From Calditrichia bacterium (GTDB lineage Bacteria; Calditrichota; Calditrichia; JAJRVZ01), in NCBI GenBank assembly GCA_963777955.1, contig CAVZSQ010000019.1:445079-509078 (forward strand): a stretch of 64,000 nucleotides of DNA. The letters are read 5' to 3'. The notes beneath the pieces are model-generated. The model ran no database searches, had not been told where the DNA came from, and saw only the letters and a program-made list of their open reading frames with translations. Within the stretch, counting starts at the first letter, position 1. Each line of letters starts with the position of its first letter. Of the stretch, positions 20,965-31,221 are shown in pieces. The position numbers and the translations under genes are program-made.

Positions 20965-22234
20965 ATGAAAAAACAAAACTGGTTCCTAACCTTAGCCGTA
21001 GTGATGCTGGCTAGTTTTGCCCTGGTGGGGTGTTACACCAGATTCGGCTTCGTTCATCAGGAAACCGGTTATGAAGATGAAGAGACTTTATGAAGCGGAA
21101 GTTGCTGACGAAGCTGAAATCGGTGAAACCGACGATGTCCCTTGTTGTGATGACAGGTATGACCATTATTATGTCCGCGATCATTATTTCTATGATCCCT
21201 GGTGCTGGGAGCCCGGATTTTACGTTTCGGTAGGTTTCGGCTGGGATTATTTCGATCCGTACTGGTACTATCCTTACTATTATTATCCATATCGTCCTTA
21301 CTACCACTATCCCTATGTGGCTTATCCTTATCCGTTTGTTTATCCATGGGGTTATCCGGTCTGGTACTATGAGCCCGATTATAACTATGCTTACAACTAT
21401 GAACGCCGGCCCTTTGTAAAACGGGGACAGTATCTGCCGGCCAGACGGGGAATGGATCTTAACGAGCGAATGGAATTGGCCAACCGGCCCGGACGCCGCG
21501 TGGGAGTTACCGATCGTAATCGCGAACTGGTCTCCGGCAACATCAGAACTGCTGATATCAGCCGCGATAATAACCGCGATAGAATTTCCGCCCGCAGTGC
21601 AGCAGTCAAAACTCGTGAGAAAGACAATACTGCTACTCGCGCCAAATCTACGACGACCGCAGTCGGGGAACGACGGGAAGTCACCAATTCAGGAAATCGC
21701 GAAACTACCCGGCGCAATGGCAAAGAAACTACCACTACGACCAGGGAAAATACGGGAAAGAGATCTGCGACGACGACAACAAAACGTACTGATTCATCAT
21801 CGACAAGAGTGAATAAAGTAAATAATAATACTCATGATTCAAATAGCGGCAACTCTTCAGTGAACGGACGGTCCAGTGTGACGCGACCGGCTTCAGGATC
21901 TAACAAAAATTCTTCCGGTTCCGCTAACTCTTCAAGATCATCAAACTCCTCAAACGGAAATTCCAAGGTCACCCGTTCCAATTCCGGTTCAAGCGATCGT
22001 TCAGCTGGTTCCCGCAGCAGCAATTCCTCAACGGTTACCCGTTCCAGTTCCGGTTCGGGTAAAAGTTCCTCGAGTTCAGGCAGAAGTTCTTCCGGTTCCA
22101 GCGGCCGTTCCTATTCAGCCCCGTCCAGCAGCCACGGTAGTTCTTCCTCGGGCGGCAGCCAAAGTTCCGGCAGATCAAGTTCAGGTAGTTCAGGTGGATC
22201 AAGCAGATCCGGTTCAGGCGGACACAGACGCTAA
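20965..22234 (+). CDS. Lipoprotein with Tyr/Pro-rich segment and long Arg/Thr/Ser/Gly disordered tail (frameshift near 21087)
   Basis: AAGGAG RBS; ATG 20965 gives MKKQNWFLTLAVVMLASFALVG-C (lipobox), joining the 405-aa frame at YEAEVADE. Confidence 0.8.
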
Positions 22235-22266
22235 GAGCCCGAGTCAATATAATGGAGAAAATTAAA

Positions 22267-23643
22267 ATGAAAAAGTATATAACTCTGCTAATCATGGCCT
22301 TCGGCCTGCTGCAATGGTGCCTGGCTCAATCCCCGCAAGAGGCAGTGAATCTGCTGGATAACGAAGACGGAGTGGGCGCCAGAGCTCTGGGCATGGGTAA
22401 TGCTTTCAATGCTGTGGCTGATGACTATACAGCCACGTACTGGAATCCGGCCGGATTAACCCAACTGGACTATAATGAAATCTCAGCCAACCTTTCCAAT
22501 TTACGGTTTGAGAATGAAGCCTTATTCCATAATACCACTACTCTGGATAATCGCAGCTGGGCAAAATTTCATTCCTTTGGCCTGGCTTATAAATTCCCGA
22601 CCACCCGCGGCAGTTTTGTACTGGGTTTTGGTTTTAATCGTTTCAAAAATTATAATGACTTCCTGTCCTTTAACGGTTATAACCGCAACAGCAACGGCCT
22701 GGAATTTGAACTGGAGGATGATTTCGGGGAGTACCAGTACTATCCGTTTGATCAGGATGTGCAGCAGAATGAAACGGTCAGCCAGGACGGCAGTTTAAAT
22801 GCCTGGACCCTGGCAGGCGGTATGCAGTTATCACCCACTTTTTCTCTGGGCCTGGCTATCAATGTATATACCGGTAAAAGCGAATACCTGCTGGATTTCA
22901 ACCAGGAAGATGTGGATAATATCTATAATCAGTACCCGGGTGATTTCAATTATTATGAACTGCATCAGCAGATCCTGACCGATATGTATGGTTGGGGTCT
23001 CAAAGTGGGCAGCTTGATAAAAGTGACCCCGCAACTGAATCTGGGCTTTACCGTCGAATTTCCGACCACCTTGCATGTAACAGAAACTTACGCCGCCAAT
23101 GATCTGCTGGAATTCGACGACGGATATATCAGCGAACTGGATCTTGGCAGCGGCGAATGGGAATACCTGGTCACTTATCCCTATAAATTCAGTGCCGGTG
23201 CCGCTGTGAACCTGAATCTCTTTAAACTGGCCGGTTCTATTGATTATCGCGACTGGTCGCAGGTTCGTTTTGACATACCGGACGGATTCGCACTGGATGA
23301 ATACTACAACGATTTATTGTATGAGAATCAAAATTTTCCAGAACAATTCAAATCGGTGCTTTCTTATTCAGCCGGAGGCGAAGTACGTATTCCCGGTTCG
23401 CCGTTACTGCTCAGAGGCGGATACCGCTTTGTGCCCTCCCCTCTGCGTGAAACGAATCCTGATCTGGACCGTAATTATTACAGTGCCGGTTTGGGGTATG
23501 ATATTGATGGATCTACTTCTCTGGACGTAGGCATGACCTGGGGCAAAATCAAACGGCAAAGCGTCGATTCCTATACTCCCGGCGGAACCGATGAATCGAT
23601 TAGCACCACCCGGGTCCTGGCGGGAGTTACATTTAGGTTGTAG
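22267..23643 (+). CDS. OmpP1/FadL-family outer membrane beta-barrel
   Basis: Signal peptide; GARALGMGNAFNAVADD..ATYWNPAGL; amphipathic C-terminal strand. Confidence 0.88.
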   Translation: MKKYITLLIMAFGLLQWCLAQSPQEAVNLLDNEDGVGARALGMGNAFNAVADDYTATYWNPAGLTQLDYNEISANLSNLRFENEALFHNTTTLDNRSWAKFHSFGLAYKFPTTRGSFVLGFGFNRFKNYNDFLSFNGYNRNSNGLEFELEDDFGEYQYYPFDQDVQQNETVSQDGSLNAWTLAGGMQLSPTFSLGLAINVYTGKSEYLLDFNQEDVDNIYNQYPGDFNYYELHQQILTDMYGWGLKVGSLIKVTPQLNLGFTVEFPTTLHVTETYAANDLLEFDDGYISELDLGSGEWEYLVTYPYKFSAGAAVNLNLFKLAGSIDYRDWSQVRFDIPDGFALDEYYNDLLYENQNFPEQFKSVLSYSAGGEVRIPGSPLLLRGGYRFVPSPLRETNPDLDRNYYSAGLGYDIDGSTSLDVGMTWGKIKRQSVDSYTPGGTDESISTTRVLAGVTFRL

Positions 23644-23646
23644 TAC

Positions 23647-23737
23647 AGGGACAAAGGGACAAAGATACAAAGGGACAGAGAAATAAAGTCAATCATATCC
23701 AGCACTTTGTCCCTTTGTCTCTTTGTCCCTTTGTATC
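23647..23737. repeat. Inverted pair of 8-bp tandem repeats (GGGACAAA)n...(TTTGTCCC)n
   Basis: agggacaaagggacaaagatacaaagggacagag / ctttgtccctttgtctctttgtccctttgtatct. Confidence 0.85.
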
Positions 23738-23776
23738 TTCTTAGAACACCCACAGGCATTCTCTGCCTGAATCCAT

Positions 23777-23813
23777 AAAGCATCCGCTGATTGCGCGCAG
23801 CGGGTGCTTTTTT
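23777..23813 (+). terminator. Intrinsic terminator candidate (middle of three hairpins)
   Basis: AAAGCATCCGCTG...CAGCGGGTGCTTTTTT. Confidence 0.65.
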
Positions 23814-23940
23814 ATCTGACCACCCTCCGAGTTGCTCCTGGAGCAACCGGATCGGAGGTGGTTAATGAACTATTTTCCAAATATTTTTAGTTTAAATTTT
23901 AGCAGATTCATAGGATTATTATCTAAGGAAAGACTAAATT

Positions 23941-24405
23941 ATGTTCAATAATCTCAAAACAACTTTCGATCAACTGGATCTGAAAATAGTACGGTTTATG
24001 TCGACCTACGGTCTCAAATCGCTGCGCATCAGCCTGGGTATTATTTTTTTCTGGTTTGGATTCTTGAAATTCTTTCCACATCTCAGTCCGGCCCAGCAAC
24101 TCGCTACCGCCACCATTTCCAGACTCACCTTCGGCCTGGTCTCCCCGGCTACTGCTCTGTTCCTCCTGGCCTGCTGGGAAACCATGATCGGTATCGGTCT
24201 TATCTTTGGCTTCTGGATGCGGTTTATCCTGTTTTTACTTTTTATGCAGATGCTGGGCACCATTACTCCGCTGTTTCTTTTTCCGGCCGAAACTTTTTCG
24301 CATATTCCCTATGCTCCTACTTTAGAGGGACAATATATTATTAAAAATATCGTGTTGATCTCCGCGGCACTGGCCCTGGGGGCGACAGTGCGCAAACCCT
24401 CCTGA
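23941..24405 (+). CDS. DoxX/YkgB-like membrane protein
   Basis: LRISLGIIFFWFGFLKFF...SPA; PTLEGQYIIKN. Confidence 0.85.
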   Translation: MFNNLKTTFDQLDLKIVRFMSTYGLKSLRISLGIIFFWFGFLKFFPHLSPAQQLATATISRLTFGLVSPATALFLLACWETMIGIGLIFGFWMRFILFLLFMQMLGTITPLFLFPAETFSHIPYAPTLEGQYIIKNIVLISAALALGATVRKPS

Positions 24406-24548
24406 TCAGCACCAAATCCGGATTTACGCCAGTGTAATAATAATTATCTGGACAACGGTCGAAATTTCTTGTAATATATTATAGTAGATCTTCCTATCCT
24501 TCACGTACTTATTTACTTGAAGATTAATGCTATCATAGTACCAAAAGA

Positions 24549-26987
24549 ATGATAAAAATTTCAAAACGGATCGGTTTATACCTGGCTATAAACCTGGTCA
24601 TACTTATTGTTTGCTTCCTGCATTTACCGGCGGTTTTAAACCGTCCTATGGTTCCCTTCCATATAATTAAAACCGGTCAGGGTCTGATTATCGATAAAAT
24701 AAATGATCCCCTGGCCAGCGGTGAATTGCAGATTGGCGACCGGGTAATTGCCTGGGATAAGCAGTCTGTCAATATTCCTGAGGTTACAGAATTCCTGGGC
24801 GAAATGTCAAAAATCGGAAATAACGTTACTATTACTTTTCAACGGCAGGTCATAACCGGCACGACTGCCATAACCCTGATCCCCTTTCATCATACTCTTC
24901 GTTATATATTCATTATTTTCTTCGTCGGCCTGATGACCTGGGGCGTGGCAATTTTTGTTTTACTCAAAGGTCCGCCTGCACTCAGCACCACGGTTTTGCA
25001 TTGGATCATGGCCTCTTTTGGATTTGTGATCATGTTGACCACGGGGGTCATCGACCAGGACAGTATATTCTCATATTTGACCCGCTCTTTATTCCTGATT
25101 TTTTATATGACCACTGCCAGTGGTTTGTTCTTTTTTTCCGCCATATTTCCCAAACAAAAGTCGGTAATCAGTAAGGCAATTTCCATCTTCATTCCGGCCG
25201 CTGTTTTTACTGCCTTACTGATTTTTTATATGCTGCGGGCTATATATTATTACTCGGTAATTGAGTACGCCCGCTTTCAGTTCTTGTTCAATATTTTCCA
25301 TATATCCCTCTATATTTTTATCGGCGGAAGTTTAATTAATTTTTTTCATGCCTATTACAGCAGCAAACAGGTTGACGATCACCTTCGCTTGCGTCTGATT
25401 TTCTGGGGAATACTGCTTGGTGCCGCACCATTTTTATTACTCAGCATTCTGCCTCAAATCCTGGGCCGCAGTGAATTGATCCGCGAGGAATTCACTCTCA
25501 TTTTTTTCCTGTTCATTCCGTATGCCTTTGCCCTGGCTATTCTCAAGTATCGTCTGCTGGACATCGACCTGATCATCAATCGTATTCTGGTTTATGGTTT
25601 ACTGACTTTTTTTCTCGGTGCCATCTATATCCTTACGGTCCTGATGGTAATTTCGGTAATCGGTGGTGAAATCGTATTCGACGATTATCTGTTCTTATTG
25701 CTGACCACTCTGTTCGTGGCAATTATCTTTAATCCTCTGCGGCGGGGTTTACAGAAAATAATCAACGATCTGTTTTTTTCAGCCAGGGAAAATTACCGTC
25801 AGGCGGTTCATGCTATCAATACCGATCTGGAAAACTGCTGGAGCAGCGATGCGCTGTTCCGGCAATTGATTAACAGTTTGAGCCGTTTTGTACCCAATCA
25901 GCATCTGGCTTTATTCCGGGTCGTGGAAGACACACTGCAGTTGCAGTATTCCTCCCGCAGCGATACTCCACGGCAGTTCTCCTTTCCGGGTATAAACCTG
26001 CAGCAGTTAATTTCAACCGGGCAGATTCATGCTTTACCGAAATCAGTTTATCTGCACCCGGAACAGGTGGATTTTGCGCAGAGCGATTTTTTACAGCAGA
26101 TTAATTTCCCGGTATGTATACCGCTGCTGACCAAAACATCTTATTTTAAAGGTATACTGTGTGCTACGCCGTACCATAACCGCTTCATTGCCGCCGAGTT
26201 GGATTTATTGCGCACCGCCTGCCTGCAGGCCTCGGAAATACTGGACCGGCTGATCTTACAGGAACGCATGATCATCGAGCGGGAAGAAAAAAATCGACTG
26301 AAGGAAATCAGTTCTTACATCATCTCGCTGGTAGCTCATGAATTGCAATCACCGCTTACTTCCATCCGCTTATTTTCCGAAATGCTGTCGCAGCAGAATA
26401 AAAACTTATCCGCAGAACACCGGGAATACCTGGAGACTATAAATAATGAAACCATGCGCCTGTCACGACTGATTAAAAACGTTCTGGACTTTTCCCGGAT
26501 CGAACGGGGCCTTAAGGAATATCACTTCGAAATATTAACACTTAACCGGTTGGTTGAGCATACGTTGAATCTATTTAAACAGCAACTGCAGCAAGCTGGT
26601 TTTCAACTGGAGCTGGCTCTGACCGAGCAGGATACTACTTTGCGGGCCGATGAAGATGCTTTGATTTCAGCCCTCGGAAACCTGATCGTCAATTCGATCA
26701 AATATTCACCGGCAGAGAGATACCTGGCCATCTCAACCCGTTGCCAGAACCAGCACATTCAGCTCTGTATCAAGGATAAAGGTATCGGTATTCCTGAGAC
26801 AGAACAGAATCTGGTATTCGATGATTTTTACCGTGCAAGCAGCAGCCAGGTACAATCATTAAGCGGGCTCGGGCTGGGTTTAGCCCTGGTTAAACGCATT
26901 ATTGTCGCCCACCATGGTGAAATCAGACTGGAGAGCAGGCCCGGGCAGGGCACGACATTTACAATCACTTTACCAGCGGGAGTCTGA
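24549..26987 (+). CDS. Multi-TM sensor histidine kinase (PDZ-like, about 9 TM, GAF-like, HisKA, HATPase)
   Basis: LQIGDRVIA (PDZ-like); AILKYRLLDID; AHELQSPLTSI; NLIVNSIKYS; DKGIGI; GLGLGL. Confidence 0.9.
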   Translation: MIKISKRIGLYLAINLVILIVCFLHLPAVLNRPMVPFHIIKTGQGLIIDKINDPLASGELQIGDRVIAWDKQSVNIPEVTEFLGEMSKIGNNVTITFQRQVITGTTAITLIPFHHTLRYIFIIFFVGLMTWGVAIFVLLKGPPALSTTVLHWIMASFGFVIMLTTGVIDQDSIFSYLTRSLFLIFYMTTASGLFFFSAIFPKQKSVISKAISIFIPAAVFTALLIFYMLRAIYYYSVIEYARFQFLFNIFHISLYIFIGGSLINFFHAYYSSKQVDDHLRLRLIFWGILLGAAPFLLLSILPQILGRSELIREEFTLIFFLFIPYAFALAILKYRLLDIDLIINRILVYGLLTFFLGAIYILTVLMVISVIGGEIVFDDYLFLLLTTLFVAIIFNPLRRGLQKIINDLFFSARENYRQAVHAINTDLENCWSSDALFRQLINSLSRFVPNQHLALFRVVEDTLQLQYSSRSDTPRQFSFPGINLQQLISTGQIHALPKSVYLHPEQVDFAQSDFLQQINFPVCIPLLTKTSYFKGILCATPYHNRFIAAELDLLRTACLQASEILDRLILQERMIIEREEKNRLKEISSYIISLVAHELQSPLTSIRLFSEMLSQQNKNLSAEHREYLETINNETMRLSRLIKNVLDFSRIERGLKEYHFEILTLNRLVEHTLNLFKQQLQQAGFQLELALTEQDTTLRADEDALISALGNLIVNSIKYSPAERYLAISTRCQNQHIQLCIKDKGIGIPETEQNLVFDDFYRASSSQVQSLSGLGLGLALVKRIIVAHHGEIRLESRPGQGTTFTITLPAGV

Positions 26988-26988
26988 C

Positions 26989-27669
26989 ATGAAGAAAATA
27001 CTGATCATTGAAGACGATCCCACAATTTCCAAAGGTTTACAGATCAGTTTGCAGGCCGAGCATTATGATATTCTGACCAGTTCCAGCGGCGAAAAAGGAT
27101 TTCAGTTAGCACAGCAGGAAAATATCGATCTGATTATCCTTGACCTGATGTTACCGGGAAAGAACGGAGAGGAAATTTGCCGGGATTTGCGGCAAAAAGG
27201 CCTGCGCACGCCCATCCTCATTCTGACCAGCCGCAGCGAAGAGATCGATAAAGTTTTGTTGCTGGAAATGGGCGCAGACGATTACATGACCAAACCTTTC
27301 GGGATTCGCGAATTGCAGGCCAGGGTGAAAGTCCTGCTGCGCCGGGGCAGCGAAATACGTGCCCAGATCGAAACATATTCTTTTGCCGATATCAATCTTG
27401 ATTTTATCAAGCAGGAAGCCAGCAAGAAGAAAAAACCGTTACAACTTACCACCAAGGAGTTCGAGATCCTGCATTTCTTTATCCAGCATGAAGGACAGGT
27501 GATCAGCCGCGATGTACTTTTAGATGAAGTGTGGGGTTATGAAGTTTTCCCCACTACCCGCACTGTGGATAATTACATTCTCGCCTTGCGAAAAAAAATT
27601 GAAGCAGATTCAACCCAGCCCAGACACCTGCTGACGATCCCCAAAGCCGGTTATAAGTTTGTGAAATGA
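26989..27669 (+). CDS. OmpR/PhoB-family response regulator
   Basis: ILIIEDD, DLMLP, GADDYMTKPF, RTVDNYILALRKKIE. Confidence 0.95.
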   Translation: MKKILIIEDDPTISKGLQISLQAEHYDILTSSSGEKGFQLAQQENIDLIILDLMLPGKNGEEICRDLRQKGLRTPILILTSRSEEIDKVLLLEMGADDYMTKPFGIRELQARVKVLLRRGSEIRAQIETYSFADINLDFIKQEASKKKKPLQLTTKEFEILHFFIQHEGQVISRDVLLDEVWGYEVFPTTRTVDNYILALRKKIEADSTQPRHLLTIPKAGYKFVK

Positions 27670-27689
27670 TAACACGTATATATTCTAAC

Positions 27690-27728
27690 TGACATATTTT
27701 TGACATTATTCTATCCGGAGTGTGACAT
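27690..27728. promoter_or_regulatory. OmpR/PhoB-type direct-repeat box
   Basis: TGACAT at 27690, 27701 and 27723 (11/22-bp phasing). Confidence 0.6.
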
Positions 27729-27795
27729 CTGCTTATTTGAGCAGGAATATATTATCTGTGAAATCAAAGTAATTTATAAGAAAATAGGAGGTGTT

Positions 27796-29440
27796 ATGAA
27801 AAAAGTATTACAATTCATTTTTACTCATCGGCCTCTGGTCAGGTCTGCTGATGCTGCCCTGCCGGGCTCAGTTGGATACCCTGACTATCATTCATGTCAA
27901 TGACACCCATTCCAATTTAATACCGTACGGGGCGGATAAATACGGGGGTATCGCCCGGGCAGCCAGTGTTATAGGAGATTGGCAACTAAGCGAACCAAAT
28001 CCTATCACCGTTCACGGTGGTGATTTCATGGTTGGTACGTTGTTTTTTAATACTTATTTCGGAGCAGCCTGAGTTACAACTGCTGCAAGCCATGGGTTTT
28101 GATGTGCTACAGTTGGGAAATCATGAATTCGATCCCGGATCCGACTGATTTGGGTGAATGTCTGTATAGTCTAGGTCTCTGATTCCAGTTTCAATGTCTC
28201 AGCAGCAACGCTGTGATCCCCGATTCGGTTCAACCATTAAAAATGATGGTACGTACTACCGCTATTGAGCAACGCGGGAACGTTAAAGTCGGTTTTTTCG
28301 GATTGACCACACCGGCAGCTAATGTTGAAAGTAATCCTGCTCCCGTATTTATCGACACCAATTTAGTTCCCATCGCCATGAGTTCCATCGCTGCACTCAA
28401 AGAAGTTGATAGTTGTCAGGTTGTAGTTATGATGTCCCACCTGGGTCTGGCCAATGATATGCAGACTGGCTGCGACCGGATATCTTAGCGGTGTTGACCT
28501 GATCGTCAGTGCCCACAGCCATGACACAATCACCGCACCGGTTTACGTCAATGACATTCCGATCATCCAGGCCGGTTCATTTTACCGTTATGCAGGCAAA
28601 GCAACCCTGGTGTTTAACGGGGACTCCACGCAGTTGGTGAATTATACTTTGCAGGAAATCAACGATCAGATTCCGGCAGAAGCCCCTCATTAATGCGACG
28701 GTGGAAGGATTAAAAGCAGGTATCCAGGCACAGTATTCTCCGGTAATCGGTGATCCATTCCGCGATGATCTTTGATGCTACCGATGATCCAATGGCCGGG
28801 TATCCGTACTATTCCCTATCCTTCCGGTAACGATGCAGGATACTCTGGACACCCCGGTGGGTAATCTTGATCACGACCGCCTGTTGGATTACGCCGATAG
28901 TGCCGAGCTGGCCATTGAAGCCTGCGGCCATATGGTTGAAGGACTTGTATCCCGGTCCGGTTACTCCTTACGATCTGTTCCGTACCTATTCGTATGGCTT
29001 CGATGAAAGAGATGGCCTGGGTTTTCGTGTCGCTACATTTGATCTGTATGGTGCACAATTGATAGGCATTCTGGATGTTCTCGCTTCGACATCGTACGCC
29101 CAGTTCAAATTATTGGGACTATTTATTACAATGTTCCGGATTGTCCTACCAAGTCAAAATCGCGAGTCCGGAGGATACGGTACAAGTGGTCAATGTGACC
29201 GTCCAGGGAAATCCGGTGGAACCTGAACGCTTATACAAGATTGTCAGCAGTGATCAGGTCGTCGGTTATTTGAATTTCCTGTTCGGGATTATTCCGGAAA
29301 ATCTGCAAATTGATTCGGTATCCGTATTTAAAGCAGTAATGGATTACGTCATTAATCTGGATATTCCCGCAGCGGAAGCAGTTCTCGGTTTCGAGAATGA
29401 CACATATAGGATAGGCCCGGAATTTAATCAAATGGAATAA
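27796..29440 (+). CDS. Secreted 5'-nucleotidase/metallophosphoesterase (UshA-like), multiple frameshifts
   Basis: GGAGG RBS; fragments IIHVNDTHS, GGIARAA, HGGDF, LGNHEFD, MSHLGL, SAHSH, IIQAG across shifting frames. Confidence 0.85.
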
Positions 29441-29442
29441 TT

Positions 29443-30558
29443 ATGAGAACTAAACAGTCTGTATATTTGTTCTATGTTCTGATTTTGTTCTCTTGATGAC
29501 TATATTCCAGCACTTATTCTGCCGGGCAGGATCACCCGGACTCAGATTCTCTCACCGCAATTTCCTTTGAACCGTTACCCATAATTTCCTATGATACCAA
29601 TACCGGTCTTGGTTACGGGGCCAAGGTCTTTCTGCTGAACGCTTTTAAGGCCAGGGAATCTTTCGACCTGATCCTGTTCAACAGTTCCAAAGGTGAACGC
29701 TGGTACCGTTTTGTATTTTCCATCCCCGACTTCGAACTACGCCAGGGTAAGGAATATCCGTTATCCCTGGATCTGATCATCGACTTCGACCGCTGGATCG
29801 CTTATTACTTTTATGGTATCGGCAATCAGTCCCATTACCAGGATGAAGAAAAATATACCCGGCGGCTGTTTGAAACCAGTCTGATTTTCAGCCGCGGATT
29901 TAGCAGAAAAATTATCGGCCAGATTGGCCTGCGCTACCGCAATATTGCCAATTCCGCCATAAAAGCAAACAGCCGCTTATTCGACCCGCTGCCGGTTCAG
30001 AATCAGGGTACTGCGGAATCCTTTTCCGCTTACTGCAGTGGACGTTATGACAGTCGTAATAGTTTTATCAACCCGGCCAGTGGCCAGGTAGTACAACTGG
30101 AAGCAGAGGTCGTACCGGCTTTCGCAATGAATAATCTCTCATATTTTTATTGGGCCGGCTGGTACCAGTTTTATACCCGCAGCCCGATACCCAGGACCAC
30201 GCTGGCCTTCCGCTGTGGTGTAAGACGTATTGATGGTAAAGAGTTGCCCATCCAGGTGCTGATACCAATTGGCGGAGGCGGCACCCTGCGCGGATATACC
30301 CAGGATCGTTTCCTGGATAAATTTTCTATGCTGTTCAATCTGGAACTGCGATTTCCCATGTACAAACGCCTGGGTGCAATCGCCGGACTGGATGGCGGTA
30401 AGGTCTGGTCCAGACCAGATAAATTTGATTTGCACAACTGGCCCTGGAATTCAGTATTGGGATTACGTTATTACCGCGATACGTATGTAGTGAGACTTGA
30501 TCTTGGTGTCGGCAAAGAGACTTTTGGTTTATATATTAATTTTGGACATGTCTTTTAA
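29443..30558 (+). CDS. Omp85/BamA-TamA-like surface antigen barrel without POTRA (frameshift in signal region)
   Basis: Frame is open from about 29500 (missed by ORF track): PLPIISYDTNTGLGYG...YDSRNSFINPASG...GGGGTLRGYTQDRF...GLYINFGHVF. Confidence 0.85.
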
Positions 30559-30560
30559 TG

Positions 30561-30977
30561 CTAATCAGGATTGATCAGATAGGAATGAGTTATGTCTACT
30601 GCCTTCTTTAACATAGCGCTGACCGAACAATATTTTTCCGTGGACAGGTTGATCGCTTTCTCAATATTAGCCTGATTAAGATTTTCACCCCAGAATTTAT
30701 AGGTAATATGTATTTTGGTAAATACCTTGGGATGTTCCTGGGCATTTTCCGCTTTCAGGTCAATCTCAAAGCGGCGCAGAGGTTCACGCATTTTAATCAG
30801 GATCGAGGCTACATCACTGGCTGTACAACCTCCCAGTCCCAGCAGTACCAGTTCCTTGGGACGGGCGCCGGCATTACTCCCTCCCAGTTCAGTCGGGCCG
30901 TCCATGGTTACCCAATGATTACTGTCTGCTTTACCGGCGAAAGTAACACCTTGCATATGTATGACTTTGGCTTCCAT
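30561..30977 (-). CDS. OsmC/YhfA-family protein
   Basis: RPKELVLLGLGGCTASDV...LSTEKYCSVS. Confidence 0.92.
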   Translation of the reverse strand: MEAKVIHMQGVTFAGKADSNHWVTMDGPTELGGSNAGARPKELVLLGLGGCTASDVASILIKMREPLRRFEIDLKAENAQEHPKVFTKIHITYKFWGENLNQANIEKAINLSTEKYCSVSAMLKKAVDITHSYLINPD

Positions 30978-30991
30978 ATAGCGACCCTCGC

Positions 30992-31156
30992 TTATCTTAT
31001 CGCAATCAGCAGCCCCAGCAGGGCAAAAATGAACATACTGATTTTGGGATTGCACAATAACGGACAACCCAGACTTGTACGTGACAAATATTTACCCAGC
31101 ACATATCCGAAACCCCCTCCGGCTACAGTAGTTAAAATTACCAGCAGAATATTCAT
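30992..31156 (-). CDS. Small membrane protein (DUF6132-like)
   Basis: GGGFGY...GCPLLCNP between two TM segments; GGAGG RBS. Confidence 0.6.
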   Translation of the reverse strand: MNILLVILTTVAGGGFGYVLGKYLSRTSLGCPLLCNPKISMFIFALLGLLIAIR

Positions 31157-31221
31157 CGCCTGCACCTCCACATTAGTTTGAACATAGTATTGGATGATTG
31201 AAACAGCGCAAAGATACACGA

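Noticed and set aside
28070..28072. In-frame TGA in the nucleotidase as selenocysteine
   Set aside because: The protein continues in a shifted frame (QPELQLL...GNHEFD), so this is an indel and not readthrough
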